From Candidatus Dojkabacteria bacterium (GTDB lineage Archaea > Nanobdellota > Nanobdellia > Pacearchaeales > GW2011-AR1), in the NCBI GenBank assembly GCA_017610445.1, contig JAFCCB010000004.1, positions 1-48,062 of the forward strand: a stretch of DNA of 48,062 nucleotides, written 5' to 3'. A program made the position numbers and the translations under genes. Below, one piece after another: positions 38,439-48,062 of the stretch (positions are counted from its first letter, which is position 1; the number at the start of each line of letters is the position of its first letter). A model generated the notes under the pieces. It made no database searches. It saw nothing but the letters and a program-made list of their open reading frames with translations, and was not told where the DNA came from.

Positions 38439-38669
38439 TCATTTCCAACCACCTCTCTCAGCTAGTATAAAATCATCATCATGTTCAGGAGCATTTTGCA
38501 AAAATTTTTTCTTAAAACCAGAATCACACTTTTCTCCCTCACCCTCTTGCCTTTCAAACCTCTTTCTATCAACCCCTATTTTAATTTTTTCAGAATCTAC
38601 TTTAGCTAAAGCAGAAGCAAATTTATCTAAAATTTGTTTTGCTTGTTTTTTAATTTTATCTTTGTCCAT
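38439..38669 (-). CDS. gatC: Amidotransferase subunit C
   Basis: 76 aa ORF upstream of gatA, ending in FLQNAPEHDDDFILAE. Confidence 0.75.
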   Translation of the reverse strand: MDKDKIKKQAKQILDKFASALAKVDSEKIKIGVDRKRFERQEGEGEKCDSGFKKKFLQNAPEHDDDFILAERGGWK

Positions 38670-38699
38670 AATTAGAAGTAGAATAAGGTATATTTAAAA

Positions 38700-39503
38700 T
38701 TATTGAACACTTATAATAACATAATCACCAGAAGCACCTAAATTAATAACTTCTGTTTTACCAATCTTTGTTCTTCCTTTAGCTTCATGAATATGCCCGC
38801 ACAAAACATATTTAGGTTGCTTCTTCTTAACATAACCTAAAATCACTTTACTCCCTGCATGTTTTCCTAACCATTGTTTAGGAGCCCCCTTAAATCCAAC
38901 TTTATCTAAAATACCATAAAGTGGCTGATGACATAATAAAATATCAAGATTCTTAAAATTACCCAAAATCCTTTTTGCTTTAGCAGTATCTTTCTTAGCT
39001 CTTTTCATTTCCTTATCATAATCTTTAGGCTTAAAATCTCTCACCCAATTTACATCTTTAAAATATTCCAAACCCCCGATCCTAAGCCCCTTGAAATTAG
39101 CAATTTTATTATTAATTATTCTCACACTAGGAATCTTCTTTAAATTATTATACATAAAAGGTAACTCCTTACCAATCCTCTTAGATAATTTTCTTACATC
39201 AGAGTTATAATAATCTGCATTTCCATAAATCAAATAAATTAGGGCAAATTTAGAAAGATATTTTATAATATTCATAGAACTTTTATAATATCCTGCATAA
39301 AATTTCTTTTCTATTGCAGAAGAATATTTTATTTTAGATAATCCTCTTTCTTGTCTTTTAACATTCTCAAAATAAAATTTACGTGCTTCATCTGCTCCTC
39401 CTAAATCTCCAGGCAACAAAATCAAATCAACATCTTTAATTGGAATTTTCTTAATTTTATCTAATGCACCATGTGGATCACCAATCGCCAATATCCTTAC
39501 CAT
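38700..39503 (-). CDS. Metallophosphoesterase (calcineurin-like)
   Basis: GDPHG, PGD, GNAD, CHQP, CGHIHE. Confidence 0.9.
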   Translation of the reverse strand: MVRILAIGDPHGALDKIKKIPIKDVDLILLPGDLGGADEARKFYFENVKRQERGLSKIKYSSAIEKKFYAGYYKSSMNIIKYLSKFALIYLIYGNADYYNSDVRKLSKRIGKELPFMYNNLKKIPSVRIINNKIANFKGLRIGGLEYFKDVNWVRDFKPKDYDKEMKRAKKDTAKAKRILGNFKNLDILLCHQPLYGILDKVGFKGAPKQWLGKHAGSKVILGYVKKKQPKYVLCGHIHEAKGRTKIGKTEVINLGASGDYVIISVQ

Positions 39504-39541
39504 AATTAAATTAAAAAATCTCTCCTTTTAAAACTATCCAA

Positions 39542-40822
39542 CTAAGGCGTTAAACGATCTCGATCGCGAGGAAACATACAAGCCTCTCTAATATTATCCA
39601 AACCAAGAAGACATTGTGTAAATCTCTCAAGCCCAATACTCCATCCAGAATGATAAGGTGCTCCAAATTTAAAACTGTCAATATAAGATTTAAAATCCTT
39701 GGGATTTAATCCTTTTTTTCTCAACATTTTTTCCAGCAAAGAAGGAAGATGAATTCTCTGCCCACCAGATGAAATCTCCATTCCTTTATAAAGGGCATCA
39801 AAACCTTCACTAAGTTTAGAGTCAACATTCCCTCCTTTAGGCATAATATAAAATGGTTTTATTTTCACAGGCCAGGAATGCACAAATAAAATCGTGTCTG
39901 GAAATTTTTCATTTAACTTTCTTTCATCTTCAGGAGATAAATCTTCGCCATATTTAATCTTCAACAACTTAACAGTTTTATCATAACTCAGATATTTCAC
40001 TTTTGGAATTTTTAATTTAACTCCAAGCAAATCAAGTTCTTTTTTATTATTTTTAATAATCTCAGAAACAATATATTTAACAGCACTTTCCATTTCTTTC
40101 ATAACTTCTATTTGTCCTGCAAAAGCCATTTCAATATCCATCTGCCTGCATTCATTCAAATGCCTAATTGTATTATGTTTCTCAGCCCTCCAAACAGGAG
40201 TTATTGTCATTGCTTTTTCCATAGAACACGCAACCATCTGCTTATACAATTGTGGCGATTGAGCTAAATAAGCATTTTTTTCAAAATATTTAACAGAAAA
40301 AAGTTCTGTCCCGCCCTCGCTCGCAGAAGAAATCACTGACGGCGGTTGCATTTCAATAAACCCTTTCTTAATAAAATATTCTCTAAAAGCAGTTGTAATT
40401 GTTGACTCAATTTTAAAAATCGCCTGAATTTTTGCCCTGTGTAAATCCAAAAACCTGTAATCTAATCTTTTAGAAAGTTCTGTCTTGCTTCTGTCACCCA
40501 CATCAATCAAAAGTGGCGATTCAGCAAGAGCAATCACTTCAATTTCAGTTGGAATAATCTCTTTTCCACCAGGAGCCTGCTTGCTATCTTTCAAATTCCC
40601 TCTAACTTTAATAACACTCTCCCGAGAAACAGAATCCATTAAATTAAAAACTTTTGCAGAAATCTTTCCTTTCACGCCAGTTATCTGAATTCTTCCACTA
40701 ATATCCCGCAAAATAATAAAGCGAATTTTACTTAAATCACGAATATCATGAACCCATCCATAAACTTCAACTTTCCCTTTTTTTTTAAACACATCTTTAA
40801 TATATGTTCTCATAAAAGACAT
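39542..40822 (-). CDS. aspS: Aspartate--tRNA ligase (archaeal type, probably non-discriminating)
   Basis: GWVH OB domain, SEGGTELF, LAQSPQLYKQ, WRAE, SSGGQR, GLER, FPRD. Confidence 0.93.
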   Translation of the reverse strand: MSFMRTYIKDVFKKKGKVEVYGWVHDIRDLSKIRFIILRDISGRIQITGVKGKISAKVFNLMDSVSRESVIKVRGNLKDSKQAPGGKEIIPTEIEVIALAESPLLIDVGDRSKTELSKRLDYRFLDLHRAKIQAIFKIESTITTAFREYFIKKGFIEMQPPSVISSASEGGTELFSVKYFEKNAYLAQSPQLYKQMVACSMEKAMTITPVWRAEKHNTIRHLNECRQMDIEMAFAGQIEVMKEMESAVKYIVSEIIKNNKKELDLLGVKLKIPKVKYLSYDKTVKLLKIKYGEDLSPEDERKLNEKFPDTILFVHSWPVKIKPFYIMPKGGNVDSKLSEGFDALYKGMEISSGGQRIHLPSLLEKMLRKKGLNPKDFKSYIDSFKFGAPYHSGWSIGLERFTQCLLGLDNIREACMFPRDRDRLTP

Positions 40823-40843
40823 AAAAAAACTAAATTTATAAAA

Positions 40844-41148
40844 CTAATGTTTATTCTTTCTAATAATTGGATGTGCAATTCCCACAAATTTCATTCTTTT
40901 TTCAAAAACATAATGAATAATAAGAGAAATAGCATAAAAAGCAGTAGCAATCCCAAGAAAACTATAAAAGATAGTTACAATCTTCCCAACATTTGTAACA
41001 GGAACAATATCTCCATAGCCAATTGTTGTTGCAGTTATAACAAGAAAATAAGTAGAATCTAAATAACCCATCCTTCAACATCATGATAAACACTAATCCT
41101 AATTATAAATGCTCCAATAAAGAACAATATAACTGCTATTGTATGCAA
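40844..41148 (-). pseudogene. Minimal 2-TM potassium channel with a -1 frameshift
   Basis: TTIGYGD selectivity filter; TM1 and VYHDVEGW are in a different frame upstream; one G is missing at 41067..41069. Confidence 0.75.
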
Positions 41149-41202
41149 CTTAATTTTCAGATTAATTCCCCTTTTGTAGTATCTATATTAAGATTTATAA
41201 AT

Positions 41203-42612
41203 TTATTTAATTAACTTCCTTAAAATAGCATTTGCCTCACTTCCACTAACTTTTCCTTTAAACTTGCTCATTATCAAGCCCATATATGCCCCAATACTCA
41301 AACCAGGTTTTTCTTTAACAATTTTGCTAATCTCTGCTTCAATCTCACCTAAATCAATTTTCTTAATTTTAATTGCATCTTCAAAACTTTTTCCTCTGAC
41401 AATTTCAGTCATCACATGTTTAACATCTGCTCTGTTAATCCTGTTTTTCAAAACAGCCTCAGCAATACCCTCAATAATATCAGCACTAATCTCTCCTTTT
41501 CCTTCATGCCTAATAACCTCTTTTGGAATCTCAACCAAAATTTGATAAATAAACTTCGGTTCATTAATAATCTTCAATAAATTCTCAAACTCAAAAAGTT
41601 TATCATGCTTCAATAAAATCTTAATTTGCTCTTCATTCAGCCCTTTTTTCTTTAATTTTTTTCTTATTTCAGTTCTTAATTCAGGAAGAGTTTTTTTAGC
41701 TTCATCAACAATCTTCCTGCTTATTTTTAACAAAGGCAAATCTGTCTCAGGATACATACGGCTGGCGCCAGGAACAGGCCTTAAAAATTCTGTCTCTCCA
41801 TTAGGCAAAGCATTCCTAACTTCAGATTTCAAATCTTTCTTGCTTTGAATATTTTTCTTCTGTCTTTTAATTTCTTTTTCAATTACAGGGACAAACATCT
41901 TAACATCTTGAAAACCTTTAATCTCTACTCTTGGATGCCCTTCAATAGAAACATTAACATCCTGCCTAATTGTCCCAATCCCTCTTTTAACCCTGCAACT
42001 TCTTAAAACATCACCAATATGCAAAGCAACTTGTTTTGCTTCTTCTGCACTTTTGATATCAGGAGCAGTTCCAATCTCAATTAAAGGAATCCCCAGCCTA
42101 TCTAATCTAAAAATCTTTTTCCCATTTTTTTCTCCAACAATTCTTGCAGCATCTTCTTCTAGGCTAATATTCTCAATCCTTACTTTTCCAAAAGAAGTTT
42201 CAATCTGTCCATTGCGAGCAATTAAAACTGTCCTCTGAAATCCAGAAGTATTGCTCCCGTCAATAACAGTTTTCCTCATTATCTGTGTAATTGGAATAAT
42301 CTCACAATTCAAAAGCAAGGCAACATGCAAACCAATTTCCAATGCTTCCTGATTAATCAAATAAGGAGGCGCCTCATCTAATTCAATTAAACAAGTAGTA
42401 TCATAACCCTGATAAATAAACTCCCTATCTTTTTCTGCCTCATATTTAACAGCAATATCTACTGCACCTGCCTCACCAGCAACAGCATGTAATTTCCGCG
42501 AAACCTCAAAATCCGGCTCATCATTCCTCAGAACAGAAGGACAATCGCAAAACAATTTATGACTATCTAATTGCTGATGAATCTCAAGCCCTGCTTTAAT
42601 CTTCTCACTCAT
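41203..42612 (-). CDS. gatE: Glu-tRNA(Gln) amidotransferase subunit E
   Basis: GLEIHQQL, MRKTVIDGSNTSGFQRT, LDRLGIPLIEI, GIGTIRQDVNVSI, RMYPETD. Confidence 0.96.
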   Translation of the reverse strand: MSEKIKAGLEIHQQLDSHKLFCDCPSVLRNDEPDFEVSRKLHAVAGEAGAVDIAVKYEAEKDREFIYQGYDTTCLIELDEAPPYLINQEALEIGLHVALLLNCEIIPITQIMRKTVIDGSNTSGFQRTVLIARNGQIETSFGKVRIENISLEEDAARIVGEKNGKKIFRLDRLGIPLIEIGTAPDIKSAEEAKQVALHIGDVLRSCRVKRGIGTIRQDVNVSIEGHPRVEIKGFQDVKMFVPVIEKEIKRQKKNIQSKKDLKSEVRNALPNGETEFLRPVPGASRMYPETDLPLLKISRKIVDEAKKTLPELRTEIRKKLKKKGLNEEQIKILLKHDKLFEFENLLKIINEPKFIYQILVEIPKEVIRHEGKGEISADIIEGIAEAVLKNRINRADVKHVMTEIVRGKSFEDAIKIKKIDLGEIEAEISKIVKEKPGLSIGAYMGLIMSKFKGKVSGSEANAILRKLIK

Positions 42613-42642
42613 AAAACAAACAAAGAAAAAAGGTTAATAAAA

Positions 42643-43464
42643 CTAGTGATTATCTTTCTCAGAATTATTTAAATGTTTAATATCAACTTCCATATAATTA
42701 AGAATATCATCTAAAGCCATATTCACTTTTCCTGCAATAAAATCAAAAAAAGGTCTTTGTTTCTCTAATTTATTATTTTTTAATCCTTGCAAAGCTAAAC
42801 AAAAAACATCCATATATGCTTTTCTTTCTCCAGGATGGATAATTGCAGGAGGAAAACCATAATCATATAAAATCCTGTCTTGAATTAATCTTGCAGTTCT
42901 TTTATTACCATCCCAAAACGGCTGAATTGCCGCTAAATTTAAATGAGTATAAGCTGCTTTCTCAATTGGAAATAAATCCCCTTGTTTAACATTATTCAAA
43001 CATCGACTAATCAAATCATGTATCTCTCTTGGTTTAGGGGGTTGATAGATTCCTGGGAAATTTAAAGAAACATCTCCTGAAGTAAATTCAGGTTGCTTTC
43101 TGTATCCCTTAATATTATTCTTTGGGTCAATTAATTTAGCAACTTTCTTTATATGCTCTTCCTCTAAATTTTTTAAAAAATTTTTCTTTAAAGCAGGATT
43201 ATTAGTAAGATAATACCAGGCATTTTTAATCTGTCTAATCCCTTCATAAACCTTTTTATGAAGTTTTTTAGAACTTTTAATATGGAGATTATCCACAATA
43301 GCATCCTGTATTTCAGGATTTTCTTGATACCAAGAATAAATATCCCCAAGAACCACCAAACTTTCATTAATTTTCAATTGTCTTTTTTTATAATACTCTG
43401 GATTTTCATCTATCTTTTTCTTTTTCTCTTTAATTCTTTTCATTAGGTTTATATCTACTGGCAT
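42643..43464 (-). CDS. Fic-domain protein with His-to-Gln motif variant
   Basis: HLNLAAIQPFWDGNKRTARL versus the canonical HPFxDGNGR. Confidence 0.85.
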   Translation of the reverse strand: MPVDINLMKRIKEKKKKIDENPEYYKKRQLKINESLVVLGDIYSWYQENPEIQDAIVDNLHIKSSKKLHKKVYEGIRQIKNAWYYLTNNPALKKNFLKNLEEEHIKKVAKLIDPKNNIKGYRKQPEFTSGDVSLNFPGIYQPPKPREIHDLISRCLNNVKQGDLFPIEKAAYTHLNLAAIQPFWDGNKRTARLIQDRILYDYGFPPAIIHPGERKAYMDVFCLALQGLKNNKLEKQRPFFDFIAGKVNMALDDILNYMEVDIKHLNNSEKDNH

Positions 43465-43579
43465 ATCTTAATATGCTCATTAACATATTTAAACCTTTCT
43501 ATTATTAACCACTAAATAGTTACAACTAAATAATAACATCAACCCCAATATATTTAAATCATTTTTTCTATAATAAAAT

Positions 43580-44005
43580 ATGAAAAAAAAGAAAAATCCT
43601 ATTAAAAAAGTAAGAGAAGAAGTTAAAAAAACAATAAGCACATTCCTTCCTAATTATGGGAATAAAAAAACCTTCGGGCAAAAAGCATCAGATATCCTAA
43701 CAAAATCAATGGGAAGCTGGATATTTATTATTCTATTCCTTTCTTTTCTCTTTTTATGGATAATTTTTAACACAGTTTGGTTAGTATTTGGACAAGCATG
43801 GGATATAAAACCATTTATTATGTTAAACCTTACATTATCATGTTTAGCTGCAATTCAAGCCCCAATAATCTTAATGTCCCAAAATAGAGAAGCGCAAAAA
43901 GACAGATTAAAATCAAAATATGATTATCAGGTAAACAGAAAAGCAGAAAGAGAAATTGAAAAAATTCAGGAACAACTTAACAGAATTGAGAAAAAATTGA
44001 GATAA
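43580..44005 (+). CDS. DUF1003 membrane protein
   Basis: GSWIFI, PFIMLNL.LS.LAAIQAPIILMSQNR. Confidence 0.9.
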   Translation: MKKKKNPIKKVREEVKKTISTFLPNYGNKKTFGQKASDILTKSMGSWIFIILFLSFLFLWIIFNTVWLVFGQAWDIKPFIMLNLTLSCLAAIQAPIILMSQNREAQKDRLKSKYDYQVNRKAEREIEKIQEQLNRIEKKLR

Positions 44006-44205
44006 AAAATACTTCTTACATTTAAAATTATGAATTTCAATAATTCTTTGATTATCAAAAAAATCAGTTTTTTAGAAGGGGGTATCAATAACCTGCAAAA
44101 CTTTAAGTTGTGCAGATGAAAACCTTAAAATCTGTTATGCATAATTAAAATTGTAAAAAGACACTAAAAAAGCACTACATCTTAAAAAAATTTTTAAATC
44201 AAAAT

Positions 44206-45231
44206 TTATTTATCAACATTCACACCATATCTTCTCACAGCATCTTTTTTAATATAATTCATAATAACTGGAAAATCTTTAACAGGTTCAATTCTTTTTT
44301 TTCTTTTAGCAATTTTTAAAATTTTATTTTTTTCCCATTCACGAGGTTCAATTTTAAGTTTTATTGAAAAACCATATTTAGAAACATCCCAATCAGGAAG
44401 GGAATATTTTTGAGGTTCAATCCCTCTACATTCATCAATACCAGGAACTAACCAAGGAACAATAAAACCATTTAATCCAATATTAAAATTTCTTTTTTTC
44501 ATATCAACAAATAAAAAATCTCCAGAATACCATTTGCCCCTAACTTTTTCGCTTGCTTTTCTTGAAACAGCACTTGATTGAATACCAAGACTTATCAATT
44601 CTTTCTCAAGAATTAAAGTCATAGACTTATTAAAATCAGGATTATTATCTTTAAGCGCCTTGCCTGCAAGATAAACTCCTAAAAAATTTGAAAAACTATC
44701 TTCCCAAGTAAATGCGCTAGGAAACTCTGGATAAAAACCTGTTGATTTATAACCAAACCAAGTAAGCATTTCATGCCAAGTAACTCCTGTATAAGAAAAA
44801 TATTGTCCAAGTTTAATAGAAATATCTTTAGCAGCAGTTTCTTTTTCTTCCTGAAACAAATTATTCCAATTTTTAGGATAATCTAATTTAACAAAATACA
44901 TAGAAGGCTCTTTCATTTTAAAACAAAACTCTTCATCTTCTTTAATCAAATGTTTAAAAGATTCATCTGCAAAATATTTTGTCCAATCCGCAGATTTTCT
45001 TAAATGAGCCATATCAATATGCCCTGCTTTACAAGTATACACTTGTCCTCTACCTTCAAATGCAGAACCATGAGTCCTTAAATCTTTTAATCCTTGAAAA
45101 TCAGTTGCCACTGTTGCACTTGCATAAGAACCAATTCTTGATTTTATTCCATTACTTATACACCCAGAAGCAAAAGCCAAACCAATTACAGCACTATAAT
45201 CTAAATTCTTCACAATTTTCTCTAAACCCAT
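44206..45231 (-). CDS. DUF4056-like protein
   Basis: GQVYTCKAGHIDMAHLR, WHEMLTWFGY, SAFTWEDSFSNFLG match my recollection of DUF4056. Confidence 0.65.
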   Translation of the reverse strand: MGLEKIVKNLDYSAVIGLAFASGCISNGIKSRIGSYASATVATDFQGLKDLRTHGSAFEGRGQVYTCKAGHIDMAHLRKSADWTKYFADESFKHLIKEDEEFCFKMKEPSMYFVKLDYPKNWNNLFQEEKETAAKDISIKLGQYFSYTGVTWHEMLTWFGYKSTGFYPEFPSAFTWEDSFSNFLGVYLAGKALKDNNPDFNKSMTLILEKELISLGIQSSAVSRKASEKVRGKWYSGDFLFVDMKKRNFNIGLNGFIVPWLVPGIDECRGIEPQKYSLPDWDVSKYGFSIKLKIEPREWEKNKILKIAKRKKRIEPVKDFPVIMNYIKKDAVRRYGVNVDK

Positions 45232-45280
45232 ATCTTAAAATAAATTAATTATTTTAAAAATATTTATGCAGTATAAAATA

Positions 45281-46573
45281 TCAAACCAAAAACTCATTGC
45301 CAAGATGGGGATTAAATTCTCCAGAAATATTCTCCAACATCTTGCGAGCAGTAGCCACAGAACCTCTCCAGTTTGGATGCCCCAATACCCACCCTAACTT
45401 AACCAATCCTGTTTCAGGCAAAATATCTTTTAAATAAACAACACCAATTTTATTTAATTTTCTTCCAGGAGAATAAACAAAAGGGTCTAATCTTCCATAG
45501 ATAGTTTGGGGAACAGCATAAACAAACATTCCTTTTTCAATTAATTTTTTTAAAACAGGAACCCAATTATTTTTCCCTTCTGATAAAACATGCCCTAATC
45601 CTGACATTTCAATCACTAAACCTCTATATCTTTTTTTTCTGTAAAAATCTAAAACATTGGGATTTTGTCCAGGATAAAATTTTAACAATGCAACTCTATC
45701 ATCAAAAACAGCATCAACATCTATTTTCTTCTTCCCCCTTTTATTTACATTATTATCAATCATTTCAATTTTCCCATCCTGCCAAATTTTTGCAATCGGC
45801 TTGCAATTAATTGGACGAAAAGTATCTCTTCTGGAGGTATGCATTTTCCTTACTTTAGTTCCTCTAAGAGCATAACAATAATTATCATTTGTAGATGCAT
45901 GTCCAACTAACATAACTTCTGCAATATCCCCTAAAGCCATATGAGCAGAACAAATCAAATTCAGCTGAGCATCAGAACTTCCCCTGTCAGAACTTCTCTG
46001 CGAATAAGTAAGAACAACAGGCTTATTCAGCTTACCAAGCATAAAACTCAGGGCAGAAGAAGTATAATGCAAAAAATCAGTCCCATGGCTGATAATAACC
46101 CCTTTAACCTGAGGATTATTCAAACTTTTCCCGACTAATTTAGCTAATTTAATCCAATCCTTGCCAAACATATTTTCGCTTGCTTTTGAAAAAGGAGTTT
46201 TAACTCTGATGTCTGCAACCTCAAAAATCCCAGGATACATAGCAAAAAGTTCTTTATCTTCAATCAGCCATTTAACCCCTCCTGTTTCAGGATCTAACTT
46301 TGATGAAATTGTCCCGCCTGTTAAATAAAAATCAATAATTGGCTTTTTCCCAGATAATTTTAACTCCTCGCTTTCTTTCTTTTCTTTTTTCTTTTCAATA
46401 ATTTTAATATTAGAAATATCTTCTTTTTTCAAACCAATATTATATCCATTCTCTAGTTTTAAAAGCAAAACACCTCTGTCATGGCTGTCAAGCAAAGTTC
46501 CTTGTTCAGTTCTCCCATCTAAAATTACTTTAATTTTATCTCCTGCTTCAGGAGTTTTAAATTGTTTTTTCAT
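45281..46573 (-). CDS. gatD: Glu-tRNA(Gln) amidotransferase subunit D
   Basis: KLENGYNIG, TGGTISS, HGTD, SQRSSDRGSSD, KMHTSRRDTF. Confidence 0.96.
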   Translation of the reverse strand: MKKQFKTPEAGDKIKVILDGRTEQGTLLDSHDRGVLLLKLENGYNIGLKKEDISNIKIIEKKKEKKESEELKLSGKKPIIDFYLTGGTISSKLDPETGGVKWLIEDKELFAMYPGIFEVADIRVKTPFSKASENMFGKDWIKLAKLVGKSLNNPQVKGVIISHGTDFLHYTSSALSFMLGKLNKPVVLTYSQRSSDRGSSDAQLNLICSAHMALGDIAEVMLVGHASTNDNYCYALRGTKVRKMHTSRRDTFRPINCKPIAKIWQDGKIEMIDNNVNKRGKKKIDVDAVFDDRVALLKFYPGQNPNVLDFYRKKRYRGLVIEMSGLGHVLSEGKNNWVPVLKKLIEKGMFVYAVPQTIYGRLDPFVYSPGRKLNKIGVVYLKDILPETGLVKLGWVLGHPNWRGSVATARKMLENISGEFNPHLGNEFLV

Positions 46574-46615
46574 ATTACAACAATATTTAAAACATTATAA
46601 AAAACTTGTTATTTT

Positions 46616-47016
46616 ATGAAATTAAATGTTCTTCAACAATGGGAAATAAAACACCAAGAAAAAATCCAAAAAGAACTAAAACAAGCAGGAATTGAACTAA
46701 CTCTAAAAAATATCCAAAAATAGTATCTGAAACAAGTTTTAAAATAAGAAGTAAAAAATATCCAGATGAATGCCCATATTACAAATTAAATTATTCTTGT
46801 CATCCTGAAATAAAAGATTTAAATTGTTTCCTTTGTGCTTGTCCAAATTATGATTCTTCAAAACTTGAAGGGGGATGCAAAATCAATAGTAAATTTGGTA
46901 AATGGAAATATCATCAAAATCTACCAAAAGGAAAAGTTTGGGATTGTTCTGATTGTAACATAAATCATACTCCTAAAGAAGTTAGAAAATATTTAAGAAA
47001 CCTTATTAAATCCTAA
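46616..47016 (+). pseudogene. Cysteine-rich small domain (zf-like) protein with a -1 frameshift (not in the ORF track)
   Basis: MKLNVLQQWE...NIQK, then a shift in an A run near 46717 to ...CPYY...CHPEIKDLNCFLCACPNY...WDCSDC..H; the span is 401 nt (3n+2). Confidence 0.75.
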
Positions 47017-47030
47017 ATCCATCTTATGTT

Positions 47031-48062
47031 ATGGCAAAAAAACAGGAAGCCCCTTGCATAGGTTTAGAAGTCCACGGCTATTTAAAAACAAAAGAAAAAT
47101 TGTTCTGCACATGCAAGAACTTCCACGATATGAAATTAATTAAACCAAATACAAATATTTGCCCAATCTGCACAGGAATGCCTGGCTCTAAACCAATGCT
47201 TCCAAACAAATCAGCAATTGATAAACTTCTTCAAATAGCATTATTACTAAATTGCAAACCAAATTTATTTCCACCAAAACCTTTAATCTTTCAAAGAAAA
47301 CATTATAATTGGCCAGACATGCCAACAGGTTATCAAAAAACAATTTCAGGAGCCCACTCAATCCCAGTTGCAGAAAATGGAAAGTTCCTAGGAATCAAAA
47401 TCACAGAAGTCCATTTAGAAGAAGACCCTGCTGCATGGAACCCCAATAAAGGAACAATAGATTATAACAGAGCAGGAGCACCTTTAGTTGAAATAGTAAC
47501 AGAACCAGATTTTACTTCAGCAGAACAAGTTAAAAACTGGTTAAAACAATTAGTCCTTACTTTATCTTACATAAAAGCATTAAACAAAGATGCAGGAATT
47601 AAAGCAGATGTTAATGTAAATATTAAAGGGCTAACACCAAGGGCAGAAATCAAAAATGTAAATTCAATAAAAGAAATAGTAAAATCAATTAACTCAGAAC
47701 TTAAAAGACATGCAAAAGAAAAACCAATTCATCAAGAAACAAGAAGATGGAATCCAACAACAAACAAAACAGAACTTATGAGAACAAAAGAACAGCAGGC
47801 AGATTACAGATTTATTCCAGATCCTGACTTGCCAATAATAAAAATATCCAAACAAAGAATTCAAAAAATACAAAACCAGCTTCCAGAATCTCCTCAGCAA
47901 AAACTTGAAAAAATAATCAAAAGACATAAAATAAATCCGAAAGATGCAGAAGTTCTTACACAAAATTTAGAAATCACAGAACTTTTTGAAAAAGTAGTTG
48001 AAAAAATCAATCCAAAAATTGCACTTCCTTGGATAACTGTTGAATTATTAGGAGTTCTTAAT
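47031..48062 (+). CDS. gatB: Asp/Glu-tRNA amidotransferase subunit B (cut by the window end; not in the ORF track)
   Basis: Translated by hand: IGLEVH, KLFC, PNTNICPICTGMPG, HLEED, DYNRAGAPLVEIVTEPD, DYRFIPDPDLP. Confidence 0.95.
   Translation, partial: MAKKQEAPCIGLEVHGYLKTKEKLFCTCKNFHDMKLIKPNTNICPICTGMPGSKPMLPNKSAIDKLLQIALLLNCKPNLFPPKPLIFQRKHYNWPDMPTGYQKTISGAHSIPVAENGKFLGIKITEVHLEEDPAAWNPNKGTIDYNRAGAPLVEIVTEPDFTSAEQVKNWLKQLVLTLSYIKALNKDAGIKADVNVNIKGLTPRAEIKNVNSIKEIVKSINSELKRHAKEKPIHQETRRWNPTTNKTELMRTKEQQADYRFIPDPDLPIIKISKQRIQKIQNQLPESPQQKLEKIIKRHKINPKDAEVLTQNLEITELFEKVVEKINPKIALPWITVELLGVLN

Overview
AT-rich archaeal chromosomal window. The gene set (aRF1, TBP, MCM, aIF-1A, aIF-2beta, rpL15e, NAC, Sec61beta, GatDE, RPA32-like) and compact layout point to a DPANN archaeon, probably Pacearchaeota/Woesearchaeota-like (inference, not tested). 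Most of the window is intact housekeeping DNA: ValRS, a split MetRS, DNA ligase, FtsZ, MinD, three tRNAs (Gly-CCC, Ile-GAT, Asn-GTT) and a loose gatA-gatC-aspS-gatE-gatD-gatB cluster. The notable part is an accessory island after mcm (about 23.75-28.4 kb). It holds (i) a shortened, motif-degenerate ValRS-like paralog overlapping a nucleotidyltransferase gene, plus a divergent alpha/beta hydrolase, all bracketed by two inverted copies of a six-block, hairpin-rich non-coding element; (ii) two attC-like folds delimiting a small cassette that has its own inverted ends; and (iii) a doubly frameshifted AbrB/PIN toxin-antitoxin pair. No integrase or transposase is in the window. A second insertion, a kinase-fold gene lacking the catalytic Asp, sits between two perfect 54-bp copies of the valS 3' end. 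Other oddities: a 4 x 54-bp palindromic tandem repeat, a collapsed tRNA-Gly remnant, a Cc1-like chromatin protein, and several enzymes with substituted catalytic residues (EndoV, Fic, BCCP-like). All calls come from manual motif reading; no searches were run.
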